Part shown: one piece after another, positions 43,646 to 55,228 of the stretch
Position numbering within the stretch: the first letter of the stretch is position 1
Layout: each line of letters starts with the position of its first letter
Source of the DNA: an uncultured bacterium
Lineage (GTDB): Bacteria; Patescibacteriota; Gracilibacteria; Absconditabacterales; Absconditicoccaceae
Length of the DNA stretch: 64,000 bases
Direction of reading: 5' to 3'
Assembly (NCBI GenBank): GCA_903953935.1
Contig: CAJBLF010000015.1
Span: forward strand, 1,039 to 65,038
Translations under genes and position numbers: made by a program
Notes under the pieces: generated by a model
What the model was told of the DNA's origin: nothing
What the model saw: only the letters and a program-made list of their open reading frames with translations
Databases searched by the model: none

Positions 43646-46306
43646 ATGACGTACAGACACAGACTGACTACTGGCATAGCAAAAATCATTGGTTCATGCA
43701 TGATGATGTTTTTTGCGCTTGTAGCATTTGCTCATGGACAAAATTGTACACTTCTCCCATGATGGAATCCTTCTGTTCTTATTGATGGACAATCCAAAAC
43801 CGGATATCAGGTACCTGAAGCAACATTTACTCAAAGTTGTACTGGATCAGTAGGCGTCATTACCTGTATAAGTGGTAGTATTGCTAACGGTAATGTCTTT
43901 AAATATCAATCATGCATTCCCCATACTCGAGCAAATTGTACCACACCTACGTGAGCTAATCATTTGGAATACAGAACATTATATAAGCTTGCTCAATCGA
44001 CATACACACAAACATGCCAGCAGTTAAGCCAAAATCTACAATGTCTCAATGGTATATTTACCTGATGAATAACGCCCAATCTCTTTACTCATGCGACATG
44101 CGTAGATCCCAACCGAACACAATGTATTGATGTTTGGACCAATAGTTACAAAGATCACGGTGAAATGCTTGTATGATATACCGCCAATCATCCATCTATA
44201 GGACAAATGTGTTCTACGATGCAAAAAACACTTACCTGCACCAATGGTACCTGGGCATGAAACGGAACCCAATGACAAGCTTGACTTGTTACCGGCTGTA
44301 CTAATCCACCAGTATTTTCTTGATGTCTAAATATCCGAACAAATACTACTCTTCCTCATTGATCGTCTTTGGGCGCATATCTCTATCCTAGTGGTATATG
44401 TAGCAACTTATATTATCCCCTTCTTTGTATCAATGGTTTGCGAAGCGGTGGAAATCAAATTTCATTATATTCATGATGCGCGAATACAAATACACAATCA
44501 TGTCCAAACATCATAACTAATTCTGGTACACTTCCTCATTTATCAGTAATCACCAAATATTCCCAAAAATTCGCTTTTGGAATGAATAATGATTATTGTA
44601 GTGATTTCGCTAAAATACTACAATGCACCAATGGCATCCGATCAGGTAATGTAGCAGGTCTCTTTACTTGATGCTTAAATATCGAATCATGAGCATGTTT
44701 AGATACTTCAACCAATATATATACACCAAATCTCCACTCTATAACAAAATATACTATTGCTCAAGCAACCTCTACCCAATCATGTGAAGAATCTCAAGTA
44801 CAATTTACCTGTGTAAACAGTGTACGATCTGGCGGTAATCCAAGTTCATATCCTTTCTCGTGATGTTGATGATGTAAACTTCCTTCAGCACGATGAGTCG
44901 CTGTCAGTGAATGACGACAAGGCTATTGATACTCCGTAACATGAGCGATATTTCCAAAAACATGTAATGATTATTCTACTTTACTTTCATGTACCAGTGG
45001 AATTTTGAATGGAAACCGACAAACCTACAAATATCCAAGTTCCCAATGTCAAAATAGTTGAGCGTTGGTTACTGGTATAGATCTCGCTATCGATTGATCA
45101 CCAGGAATTCCTGGACAGGAGAATATCAGTGGCGCTGTAATTGCCCAATGATCAAGTCCGCAAATGACTATTCTCATCCAAAATAAATGAACAGATCTCG
45201 TCAATCAACCTATCAATACTTCTGGGTTTCTCACCTGTAGACGAGCACAACAAAATCTTATCGTCTATACCTCTAAACCGATAACCAATTTTGTTGTTAA
45301 TCCTGGAACGAAAGTAGGAGTAAGTATCAGAATTAAATCACTCTTTACTCAAGCATTGGGTACAAAAACGCTAATATGCAAAATAGATACTAGCCTACTC
45401 TGAGGAAGTATTGTAGGCCCTGGTAATGATACACGATCAGGAACCTTTGAAATCGTACAAGCAGATAGATTTGATCTCGCTCTCAGTAAAAGTATTCAAA
45501 CAATAAGTCAAAATCTTGAGGCTGCTGAATGAGCCAAAGGTGTACAGTGAGTACAAAACTTTTTGTATAATAAAATCATGAATGTTCTTGTTCCTCTCAT
45601 AGTCATCATTGGAATTCTTTCTGCGATTCTCTGATTCTATAAGATTATGTTCTCCAGTGAAGATGCTGCTACTAAAGAATGAGTTAACTATATTATTTAT
45701 TGAGTGATAGGTATTATTGTAATTATGAGTGCTAAATTTATTGGACAAAATATTTTCGATTTACTCAATCCTCAAGGCGGTCAAATTCAATGATATACTA
45801 TAGCCAGTGGACTCTATGATAAGGTTATCTATCCCTTCATTAAATTTGCTATCTATCTTGTACTTGGTGCTATGTTTATCATCTTGATATCTCGTGTTAT
45901 CACCTTTCTCTTCGGTAGCGATACTGATGCACAGAAAAAGGCATGAACATTAATCTGATGGAATATAGTTTCTATGTTGATTATCATCTGAGCCAAACAA
46001 ATTGTTGAAGCTATCTATGGTAAACAAGATCAAGTAGTAAGAGATATAACTAATCTTGGGGATATCGGTTCATGAATTCTCGCCGATAGAAACATACCAA
46101 TTCTCTATCAAGTCATCAATTATGCACTTGGCATAGCATCACTAGTTATCCTGGTTATTATTATCATCCAGACCATTCAACTCCTCACGAAACCAGATGA
46201 TCCTGCGCAAATAAAAAGTATTAAGAATAGTCTGCTCTATATGCTTATAGGAATTCTTATTCTTGGAGCTGGTTATCTGATAGTCAACTTTGCTATTATC
46301 AACTAA
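43646..46306 (+). CDS. Secreted Cys-rich repeat protein with C-terminal multi-TM TrbC/VirB2-like region
   Basis: Signal peptide, then about seven repeats of roughly 55-60 aa built on ..C..NG..(S/T)G.. (CISGSIANGN, CLNGIFTgg, CTNGTWAgNG, CINGLRSGGN, CTNGIRSGNV, CVNSVRSGGN, CTSGILNGNR), then 4-5 TM helices. 886 codons. TAA at 46304. Confidence 0.55.
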
Positions 46307-46343
46307 AAAACTTATAGATTACTATTCATCTACATACATGAAT

Positions 46344-46375
46344 AACGGTTGCCGAAAGGTCGCCGTTCTTCCTTT
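46344..46375 (+). terminator. Probable terminator
   Basis: AACGGTTGCC-GAAA-GGTCGCCGTT (imperfect stem) followed by a T-rich tract. Confidence 0.5.
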
Positions 46376-46486
46376 TTGGAATACCTTTCACGAATATGTA
46401 TCAGTTTTCATGTTTTTTATCTCGTGTTGCTTTTTTTGGGTAGATTTATATAAAGTAAATCACTTTATTTTTTGTTATTATAAAAA

Positions 46487-46711
46487 ATGCGTACGCTCTT
46501 GATTATCGTACTTATCCTTGTGTGAATAATATTTATAGGATCAGTGTTATTGATGTCTCCAAAATGATGACTATGATTGGGTATTGGCTGAATGGCTTGA
46601 TGAAATGAATACGGAAGCAAAAAAACTCTCGAAACGAAACTAAAGAAAGTTGCCCTCATTACTGGTGTCATCTTTGTAATCATATCGCTTGTTTTACCGT
46701 ATACCAAGTAA
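46487..46711 (+). CDS. secG: Preprotein translocase subunit SecG
   Basis: 74 aa with two TM helices around the Gly-rich loop SPKggLgLGIGgMAggNEYGSKKTLE. Seven TGA codons. Confidence 0.75.
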
Positions 46712-46714
46712 GCA

Positions 46715-48709
46715 ATGATCACCATTAAAATGAAAATAATAAGAGATATCCTTAGATATGTCTTTTTCTTGTCTTTATTCTGACGAGTATTGATTAGTAT
46801 CTATATATGATATCAATATGTCTGGTGATCCTCCACTCAAGTTAGCAACAAATGAGGAACTTTCGTAGAAGGTATTTTTGGGAATACTTCATATCTCCCC
46901 TACCTTCGCAACGATACCCAAAGTAATTTTTATCAATGATTGCTGTTTAATTCTTGTCTCAAACCCTCATACGATAAAAATGCTCCAACCTATGTGCCCG
47001 ATCTCTGTGCTATTACAACAAATGATAACCTAAATTATACTATCGCACTGAACAAGTGATTTATTCGATCTGATTGAACCCCCCTTTCTATAGAGGACAT
47101 CTATTTTACTTACAATGAAATCCTTCGTGGCAATATGCGAGACATCCCTAGCTTAAGCCAATATTCATCTCTGACGGTAGCCAAAGATACCAACAATACC
47201 ATTAAAGTAACTTTCCCTATCGCATCCCCATACAATAATCTTTTTTTCACTAATTATATCCTCCCTAAACATGTGTTAATAAATGCAGAACTTCGTGATT
47301 ATACATCATTATTTGCATTCAAACCCGTATACACCAACTGTTCTAATCTCGTCTCTCAATCCAATGATGAATACAGTCTTGTATTCAATCTTGTTAATTG
47401 CAATCAAACTAACCTTAACTTCTACCAGGTAAAGAATATGGTATCTTTCGATGCCTTTAAAAATACTATCAACAACTGATGAGATTCAATTATTGATGCG
47501 TATATTGGTGATGAAAACCTACGTTGATATCAAGCAAAAAAAATATTAACCAACCAGCTTATTACGGTTTTTTTCAATACTCGCTCTGATAGGCTCAGCG
47601 TAAGAGGAAGAAGAGTCCTTTGATGATTAATTAAACATAATTTTTATGATAGCTGATATGAAGACTATTTCAAAAAAAATGATGATGGTCTTTTTGATGT
47701 TTTCCAATCCACATGAGGTGATGTAAAAAACCTACTTAATCGTGATTATACCAATAATATGATTACCAAAAGCGATCTTGAAGATAGTGATATCAAACCA
47801 TTACCAAAATCTATCTCACTTCAATGAGAGAATCAAAAATTGGTATATTTCATAGAGACATGAGCATTAGTTTCTACAGAATTCACCTTCGATAAAGGAC
47901 ATGATAAAGTCACTATGGATTACAGATGAAAGTCATATACCCCCAAACACTTCGTCAAATGAGGTAAATCATGATGGTTTACGTTCTGAGTTACAGAAAA
48001 TAATTTTGCAAGCTGATTGAATAAATATAGTATTTATGGATACGATAAAAACAAAAAAACACTGCTTGCTTCCTTAGATATCTACAATGTAATACCTGAA
48101 ATCACTACGGAAGATGTTGTGGTAGGAGAACCCGTAAAATTTACTGTAATATATTATAGTGATTATATTAATGATTTCGTGATGACGAGAATGCAAAAGA
48201 TATTTAATGATGCTGATATCGGCCAAAACTTTACCTTCGAAAAAATCACTACCCCACAAGAACTACAATGAAGACTTATGGTTGGCGATTACGATCTCTT
48301 AATCAATACGGTAGATATGTGACTCAAAAAGGACCTCACCAAACTCTTTAGTACTGACAAATCCGATATCAATCCCTCACAATATCAGAACCAAAAATTT
48401 ACTACGCTACTCAAACAATATATTGCTGCTGATGAAAAAAGCAAAAAAAAATCTCTTATAGAGATTAATAGCATCTACTCTAAGGATATGCCTTTTGTTG
48501 TCCTTGGAAAAGAATATCTCACGATAAACTTCAAACCCGATATCATGGAAAAATTATTCGCTTCATGACATTACTGAGATATGGATGAATATGGTCGAAG
48601 AAATTACATCTATAAAAATCTTAAACTCGTAAATAATGTCCAAATTGATGGAAAAAGAATATGGAATTTTGATAACTTTTCAAAATTTTTGACTAATGCG
48701 ATAAAGTAA
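46715..48709 (+). CDS. Extracellular solute-binding protein, family 5 (OppA/DppA-like)
   Basis: N-terminal TM/signal. YTIALNKgFIRSDgTPLSIEDIYFTYNEIL is typical of SBP_bac_5. 664 codons in one frame. No permease gene is adjacent. Confidence 0.6.
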
Positions 48710-48728
48710 CTATTAGAGAACAAAAGTA

Positions 48729-48763
48729 TGGAGAATTGAGAATTGAGAGTGGAGGGTGGAAAG
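48729..48763. repeat. Heptamer array TGGAGAA TTGAGAA TTGAGAG TGGAGGG TGGAAAG
   Basis: Begins 20 nt after the stop at 48709. Confidence 0.8.
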
Positions 48764-48812
48764 TATCCTTCAAGACAAAAATGTTAAAAACTTTATATTT
48801 GAATACCATCAT

Positions 48813-49448
48813 ATGTGAATACTTGAGATAATTCAGTTAGCCATTATATTAGCGGTTTCCATATGAATGCACGAATATGCGCATGCATATGTTTCATATC
48901 GCTTATGAGATCCAACACCAAAACTTCAATGAAGACTCACACCCAATCCCATAAAACATATCGATCCCATAGGATTTCTTATGGTCTTTGTAGCACATTT
49001 CTGACGAGGAAAACCAGTACAGGTTAATCCGCTCTATTATAAAAATCCTCGTAAATGAGAACTAATGGTAGCACTTGCATGACCAGCAACGAATCTTGTC
49101 TTAGCAATCATAGGAATCTTTGTAATACTTATCTATGTAAAGCTTATGGGCTGAACTCCCAATGACATATACCTCAATACCACTGATTTGATGATTGAAT
49201 TTTGGAAAAACTTTATATGACTCAATATCGGTCTCGCTATCTTCAACCTCATCCCTATTGCGCCACTTGATGGATACAGACTCATCAAGATTCGATGGTA
49301 TAAATGAGCTGAATGGATGGAAAAAAACTCACGTTTCGGCGTTATTTTTGTCATAGCACTCGTCTATATCGCAAGTCCTGTTTTCGTTACTGTTATTAAT
49401 TTCATATTCAACTTTTTGTTTACTATCATAGGACAAATGTTTTACTAA
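48813..49448 (+). CDS. Site-2 protease family (peptidase M50-like) membrane metalloprotease
   Basis: HEYAHA zinc motif and NLIPIAPLDGYR motif, with multiple TM helices. The start ATG 48813 is uncertain. TAA at 49446. Confidence 0.7.
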
Positions 49449-49513
49449 CGAAATATAATGTTTTACTGTAAGACAGATTCATAACTCTGTCCTACGAATT
49501 CATTTTATTTTTT

Positions 49514-50596
49514 ATGATACATACGATGTTAGATAAATTGGCCAGTATAGAAAAAAAATACCTTGAGCTCAGAGAACAAATGATGAATCCTGAAATTATT
49601 TCTGATAACAAAAAATCTATCCAGCTCAGCAAAGATGTCTCTGGAATGCAGGAGATTTATGATCTCTATCAAGCATATAAGAAGGCACATCAGCAAAAAC
49701 AGGAAGCACAAGACATGATAGATACTGAACAGGATCCCGAAATGCTCGATATGGCAAAGGAACAACTCAAAGAATCTGAAACACTTATCGACGAATTGGA
49801 TGCAAAAATAAAGATTTCCCTCCTTCCCAAAGATCCGAATGACGATAAAAATATCTTTCTAGAAATTAGACCAGCTGCATGAGGAGATGAAGCGTGATTA
49901 TTCGCTACAGAACTTTTGAAAATGTATCTCTGATACGCAACAAAAAAATGATGGAAACCAGAAATTACCGAAGAACAACTCTCAGATATCGGTGGAATTA
50001 AATTCGTGATGGTAAAAATCAGTGGAAATAGCGTTTATTCTATTATGAAATTTGAAAGTGGAGTACATAGAGTACAAAGAATACCTTCAACAGAATCACA
50101 AGGAAGAGTTCATACTTCGACAGTTACTGTAGCTATCATGCCAGAAGCTGAAGATATAGACTTTGTTATTGATCCAAAAGACGTAGAAATGGATACCTAT
50201 GCTGCCTCTAGTAGTTGAGGTCAGAATGCCAATAAGAATCAAACATGAGTAAGATTACGCCATATACCAAGCGGATTAATTGTTAATATCTGAGACAGTA
50301 AATCACAATTACAAAACAAAGATAGAGCATGGTCAGTCCTCAAGGCAAGATTGTATCAAATAGAACTCGATAAAAAAACTGCTGAAACTAAATCACTCAG
50401 AGGAGATCAGATTGGTGGTGGTGATAGATCAGAAAAAATCAGAACATATAATTATCCTCAAGATAGAATAACCGATCATCGTATCCATCAATCATGGTCA
50501 AACTTACCGGTCTTTATGACATGAGAAATTGATGATATGATCAATGCGCTAGTACTCGAAAACCAGACAAGACTCTTGGAAGAAAGCATGAAATAA
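49514..50596 (+). CDS. prfA: Peptide chain release factor 1
   Basis: [17 protein letters not shown] (RF1-type PxT tripeptide) and SSgGQNANK (the first Gly of GGQ is TGA at 50216). Confidence 0.9.
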
Positions 50597-50620
50597 TAGG
50601 ATAGAATTATAAAAAAATCA

Positions 50621-50648
50621 TTTACACCATAATTTCACCATGTAAAAT
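50621..50648 (+). promoter_or_regulatory. Sigma70-like promoter TTTACA-16 nt-TAAAAT upstream of pyrG
   Basis: Read directly. It would give a leader of roughly 165 nt. Confidence 0.45.
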
Positions 50649-50720
50649 CAAACAGTAAAGAAGCATTTTACAAAAATCATTTGTAAATCAAAAAACAATC
50701 TATACCTATCATAGTATATT

Positions 50721-50800
50721 AGACTAAAAAAAAACCCTTCATTTTTGATGGTTACCATAGAATATCAGGTACCATACGGCGTTCTCTTTAGTCTTTTTTT
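50721..50800 (+). promoter_or_regulatory. Terminator-like leader structure (candidate attenuator) 20 nt before the pyrG ATG
   Basis: AGACTAAA (50721-50728) pairs with TTTAGTCT (50787-50794) and is followed by a T6 run. Inner pairing ATGGTTACC/GGTACCAT. Confidence 0.4.
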
Positions 50801-50820
50801 ATTTTTTTTAAAAAAATATC

Positions 50821-52428
50821 ATGAAATTGATTTTCGTTACGTGAGGGGTGATTTCCGGTCTAGGAAAATGAATAATGGCTGCATCTATGGGTAAGCTACT
50901 GAAAGCGTGTGGATACAAAATCAATATCATGAAGATGGATCCCTATCTCCAAATTGATGCAGGGACGATGTCTCCTTTTGAGCATGGAGAGACCTTTGTT
51001 ACTACTGATGGATTCGAAACTGATCTTGATCTCTGACACTACGAAAGATTTATTGATCAAAGTATGACCAGCAAAAGCAGCGTAACTTCAGGACAGATTT
51101 ATCTTTCTGTCATTGAAAAAGAAAGGAAGGGCGATTATCTTGGGAAAACAGTCCAAGTAATCCCACACATCACCAATGAGATTAAAGAAAGAATAACCTC
51201 ATTTGCAGCAGACAATGATGCTACCATAGTAGAAATAGGAGGAACCGTGTGAGATATAGAATGATTACATTTTATCGAGGCTATCAGACAACTACGTCAG
51301 GAATTGGGAAAAGAAAATGTAATGATTGTCCATGTTGTACCTATGATTTCTGTCTCTACTTCTGGAGAAATGAAATCCAAAGCTATCCAGCATTCTGTTA
51401 TAAAGCTCAGAGAATTGTGACTCCACCCCAGCATACTCGCTTGCAGAACACCGCGTCCTATGGATCAAGAACTTAAAGATAAATTATCTATGTTTACCGA
51501 TATAGATACTGATCATATTATAGAGGTCCTTGATCAAAAATCTATTTATCAAGTACCAATAGCCCTACAACAACAAGATATTCACCTCTTGATACAGAGA
51601 AGACTGTTTGGTGAATTCAGAGAACCAGATATGTCAAATCGAGAAGCATTGGTAGAAAAAATAATGCAACCAAAGCAAACACTTAATATTGCACTTGCAT
51701 GAAAATACACTCATCTCACCGACAGTTACATGAGTGTTATAGAAGCATTGAAACATGCATGAGTACAATTCGATAGTGCTATCAATGTACATTTGCTCGA
51801 TATGGAATCGTTTGAATGACAAGATCGAGAAACTACATTATCTTCATATATCAATGAACATAATATCAAAGGTGTTGTCGTACCTGGTGGGTTTGGTTCA
51901 AGATGAATAGAAGGTAAAATCAATATTGCACATTACTGTAGAACCCACGATGTACCCTATCTCTGATTATGTCTTGGGTTACAGATTGCTGTGATCTCTT
52001 TTGCAAGAAATATATGCTGAATCTCCACCGCAAACTCTACTGAATTCAACGAAGAAACACTGCATCCCGTAATAGATATCATGGAAGAACAAAAGCATAT
52101 CAACCAAAAATGATGAACTATGCGTTTAGGAGCATATGAAGCGATTTTGAAACCATGAAGCAAGATCCAAGCGTTATATAATCAAGATAGTATCCAAGAA
52201 AGACATCGTCATAGATATGAGGTCAATCCAGCATATCATGAACTCTTAGAAAACAATGGTATGGTTATCAGCTGAATGTCTCCTGATAGAAAATTGGTAG
52301 AATATATAGAACTACCTAACCACCCGTATTATACAGCCACGCAATCACATCCAGAATTCAATTCTAGACTAGATAAACCACACCCCCTCTTTCTATGATT
52401 GATCAAGGCATGCTTACCACAACTATAA
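50821..52428 (+). CDS. pyrG: CTP synthase
   Basis: [13 protein letters not shown], [10 protein letters not shown], IEIGGTVgDIE, GFGSRgIEGK, Lg[14 protein letters not shown]. 17 in-frame TGA. TAA at 52426. Confidence 0.9.
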
Positions 52429-52433
52429 AACTG

Positions 52434-52518
52434 TGGAAATTGGAGAGTGGAGAGTGGAGAATTGAAAAATAAAAAAGGCACATTTTCATTCTCCCTCATC
52501 AATTCTCAATTCTCCACA
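52434..52518. terminator. Long imperfect hairpin formed by two inverted heptamer arrays between convergent genes
   Basis: TGGAAAT TGGAGAG TGGAGAG TGGAGAA TTGAAAA ... TTTTCAT TCTCCCT CATCAAT TCTCAAT TCTCCAC. Confidence 0.6.
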
Positions 52519-52523
52519 TTTTA

Positions 52524-53027
52524 TTATATCTTCCTCGCGTCGTACGCTCGATGAAGCACTGCTTGTCTTTGTCTTTTTCTACACTCCCAATCTAAGGGAT
52601 AACAATTATTTCTGATTGCCTTTACGTGTCTCACCATATTTTTTCGGCGTTTGATCTGACGTTCATCATCCGGTCCCCTCCTTCCCATATAATATCTACA
52701 ATATCGTTGAAACCGTCCTCTTGGATCTTCTTCATATATTCGTCATTTTTCTTGTCGGATTTTTAATGACTGCGAAGCATTTACTTTGAAAAAATTAAGT
52801 TTCGGATTTTTTTTGTCGGGAGAAAGTTTGGCGTTAGTAAATCGGTCAGTAGGAAATTCATCTCTACAATCTGTCATATATTTTCCTCAAAATATGCCCA
52901 TCTCGAGCATCTCTTGCGGGGTCAATTCCGGATGAAATATCGGAGAAAAATTCTGTCCCATGGGTTGAGTCAGATAATAGGTATAATTTTTTTGTAGAGT
53001 ATCGTTGACGATTATTTTTTTATTCAT
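52524..53027 (-). CDS. DUF4385-like protein
   Basis: LTPQEMLEMGIFgGKY and DPRGRFQRYCRYYMGRRGPDDERQIKR resemble the DUF4385 pattern as recalled from memory. Confidence 0.5.
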
Positions 53028-53063
53028 AACTAAAATATAGTACTTGAAGCTTTTTTTGCAAGC

Positions 53064-53091
53064 AAAAAAGCTCCGCTTTGCAGCAGAGCTC
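53064..53091 (-). terminator. Rho-independent terminator after fusA
   Basis: On the minus strand, AGCTCTGC-TGCAAA-GCGGAGCT followed by a T6 run. Confidence 0.7.
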
Positions 53092-53124
53092 TTTCATATG
53101 TTCGTCATTGGTAATTCGTAATTA

Positions 53125-55224
53125 TTATTCCGCGTCCATAGCTTTGATTTTTCCAGATCTTTCTTCGATAATTTTCTTTGCAACATTTTCTGGAACTTTC
53201 TCGTATGATGCGAAGCTCATAGATGATTGAGCTCTTCCTTGGGTATTTGATCTCAAATCTGTGGTATATCCAAACATCTCAGACAATGGAACTTTAGCTT
53301 TGATAACTGCTGCATTTCCTCTCTTGTCTTGTCCCTGGATCATTCCTCTTCTAGAAGACAAATCTCCCATTACATCTCCAACATAATCTTCTGGAGTCAC
53401 TACTTCTACATCCATAATAGGTTCCAAGATACATGGACCTGCTTTCATAAACGCGTCTTTGAATGCTCTATATGTTGCGATTTTAAACGCTATTTCTGAT
53501 GAATCCACATCATGATATGATCCATCGTATGCGATTACTCTTACATTGATGATAGGATATCCTGCCAATACTCCTTGAGCAACAGTTTCTTTTGCTCCTT
53601 TATCGATAGCTGGAATAAACTCTTTTGGAATCGTACCTCCTGTCACTTCATCTTTGAATTCATATTCTTTTTCCATATTTTTTTCTAATCTCAACAATAC
53701 ATGTCCAAATTGTCCTCTACCTCCTGTCTGTCTCTTGAAGATTCCTTCTCCCTTAGCATTTTGGGTAATTGTTTCTCTGTAAGCAACTTGTGGTTTACCT
53801 GTATTTACTTCTACTTTATGTTCTCTCTTGAGTCTATCTACAATAATTTCTAGATGCAACTCTCCCATACCTGCAATGATAGTTTGATTGCTTTCTGGGT
53901 CAGAAAAATATTTGAATGAAGGATCTTCGTATGCAAGTTTAGAAAGTGCTATACCCATTCTTTCTTGATCAGATTTAGTCTTTGGTTCGATAGCGATATC
54001 GATAACTGGTATAGGGAACGTCATCTTTTCTAGAATGATAGGATTTTTCATATCACAAAGTGTGTGTCCTGTTCTTGTGTCTTTGAGTCCAAGGAACGCA
54101 CAGATATGTCCTGCATGTATTTCTGAAATTTCTTCTCTCTTGTTTGCGTGCATAAGCAACAACCTTCCCACTCTTTCTTTTTGTCTTGTAAGTGGATTGA
54201 GCAATGTATCTCCTGTCTTAATGATACCTGAATATACTCTTACGAAGGTAAGTGTACCTACGAATGGATCAGTAGCGATTTTGAAAGCGATAGCTGAAAC
54301 TGGATCAGTATCGTTTGGTTGTCTCTCAAGTGTTTTAGTTTCATCATCTGGATCAAGTCCCTTCATTGTTCCTCTATCAAGTGGAGTTGGTAAGAAATCA
54401 ATTACCGCATCAAGCACTAATTGTACTCACTTGTTTCCAAGTGCAGAACCACATAAAATAGGATATAAATCACTCTTTATCGTTCCTGCTCTGATAGCTT
54501 TTTTGATAAGTTCAATGGATGGTTCTTCTCCTGCGAGAAATTTTTCTGCTAATTCATCATCAAACATAGATACCTTATCGATCATTTCTTCTCTATATTT
54601 CTTTGATTTTTCAAGCATATCAGCTGGAATTTCTTCTTCATGTACTTCAATACCTTTATCTCCTGAGAACGTATACATTTTCATAGTAAGCAAATCGATG
54701 ATTGCTTTGAATTCGTCAGCTTGTCCTACAGGAATCTGAAGAACGACTCCTTTGTCTGTAATTCTAGATTTGATAGAATCTACGGACATATAGAAATCAG
54801 CTCCAAGTTTATCCATCTTGTTTGCAAAGATGATTCTTGGCACACCATATTTATCAGCTTGTCTCCAAACTGTTTCTGTCTGTGGTTCAACTCCTTGTGA
54901 ACTATCGAGCAATGCTACTGCACCATCGAGAACTCTCAATGATCTTTCTACTTCAACAGTAAAATCCACGTGTCCTGGGGTATCAATAATATTGATTTGA
55001 CAATCATGCCAAAAACACGTTGTCGCAGCAGAGGTAATAGTAATTCCCCTTTCTTTTTCTTGTTCCATCCAGTCCATTTCTGCAGCACCATCATGTACTT
55101 CTCAGATTTTGTGTTTCTTTCCTGTATAAAACAACACTCTTTCAGTGGTAGTAGTCTTACCTGCATCAATGTGAGCCATGATTCCAATGTTTCTCACATG
55201 TAACAGGTCTTTTCGCTCGGCCAT
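53125..55224 (-). CDS. fusA: Elongation factor G
   Basis: AHIDAGKTT, [25 protein letters not shown], [12 protein letters not shown], [12 protein letters not shown]. 699 codons with only two TGA. Confidence 0.95.
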
Positions 55225-55228
55225 AATT

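Noticed and set aside
54035-54739. Long standard-code ORFs antisense to real genes (also 7711-8384, 12626-13045, 26790-27814, 30213-30608, 41990-42400, 62873-63190)
   Set aside because: They lie opposite well-supported conserved genes, have low-complexity or hydrophobic junk translations, and match no motifs.
53125-55224. Interrupted housekeeping ORFs (fusA, mutS, pheT, pyrG, glyA, dus and others) considered as pseudogenes, frameshifts or sequencing errors
   Set aside because: All interruptions are TGA in the same frame at conserved Gly positions. No frame changes are needed, and TAA/TAG appear only at the expected gene ends. Recoding explains everything.
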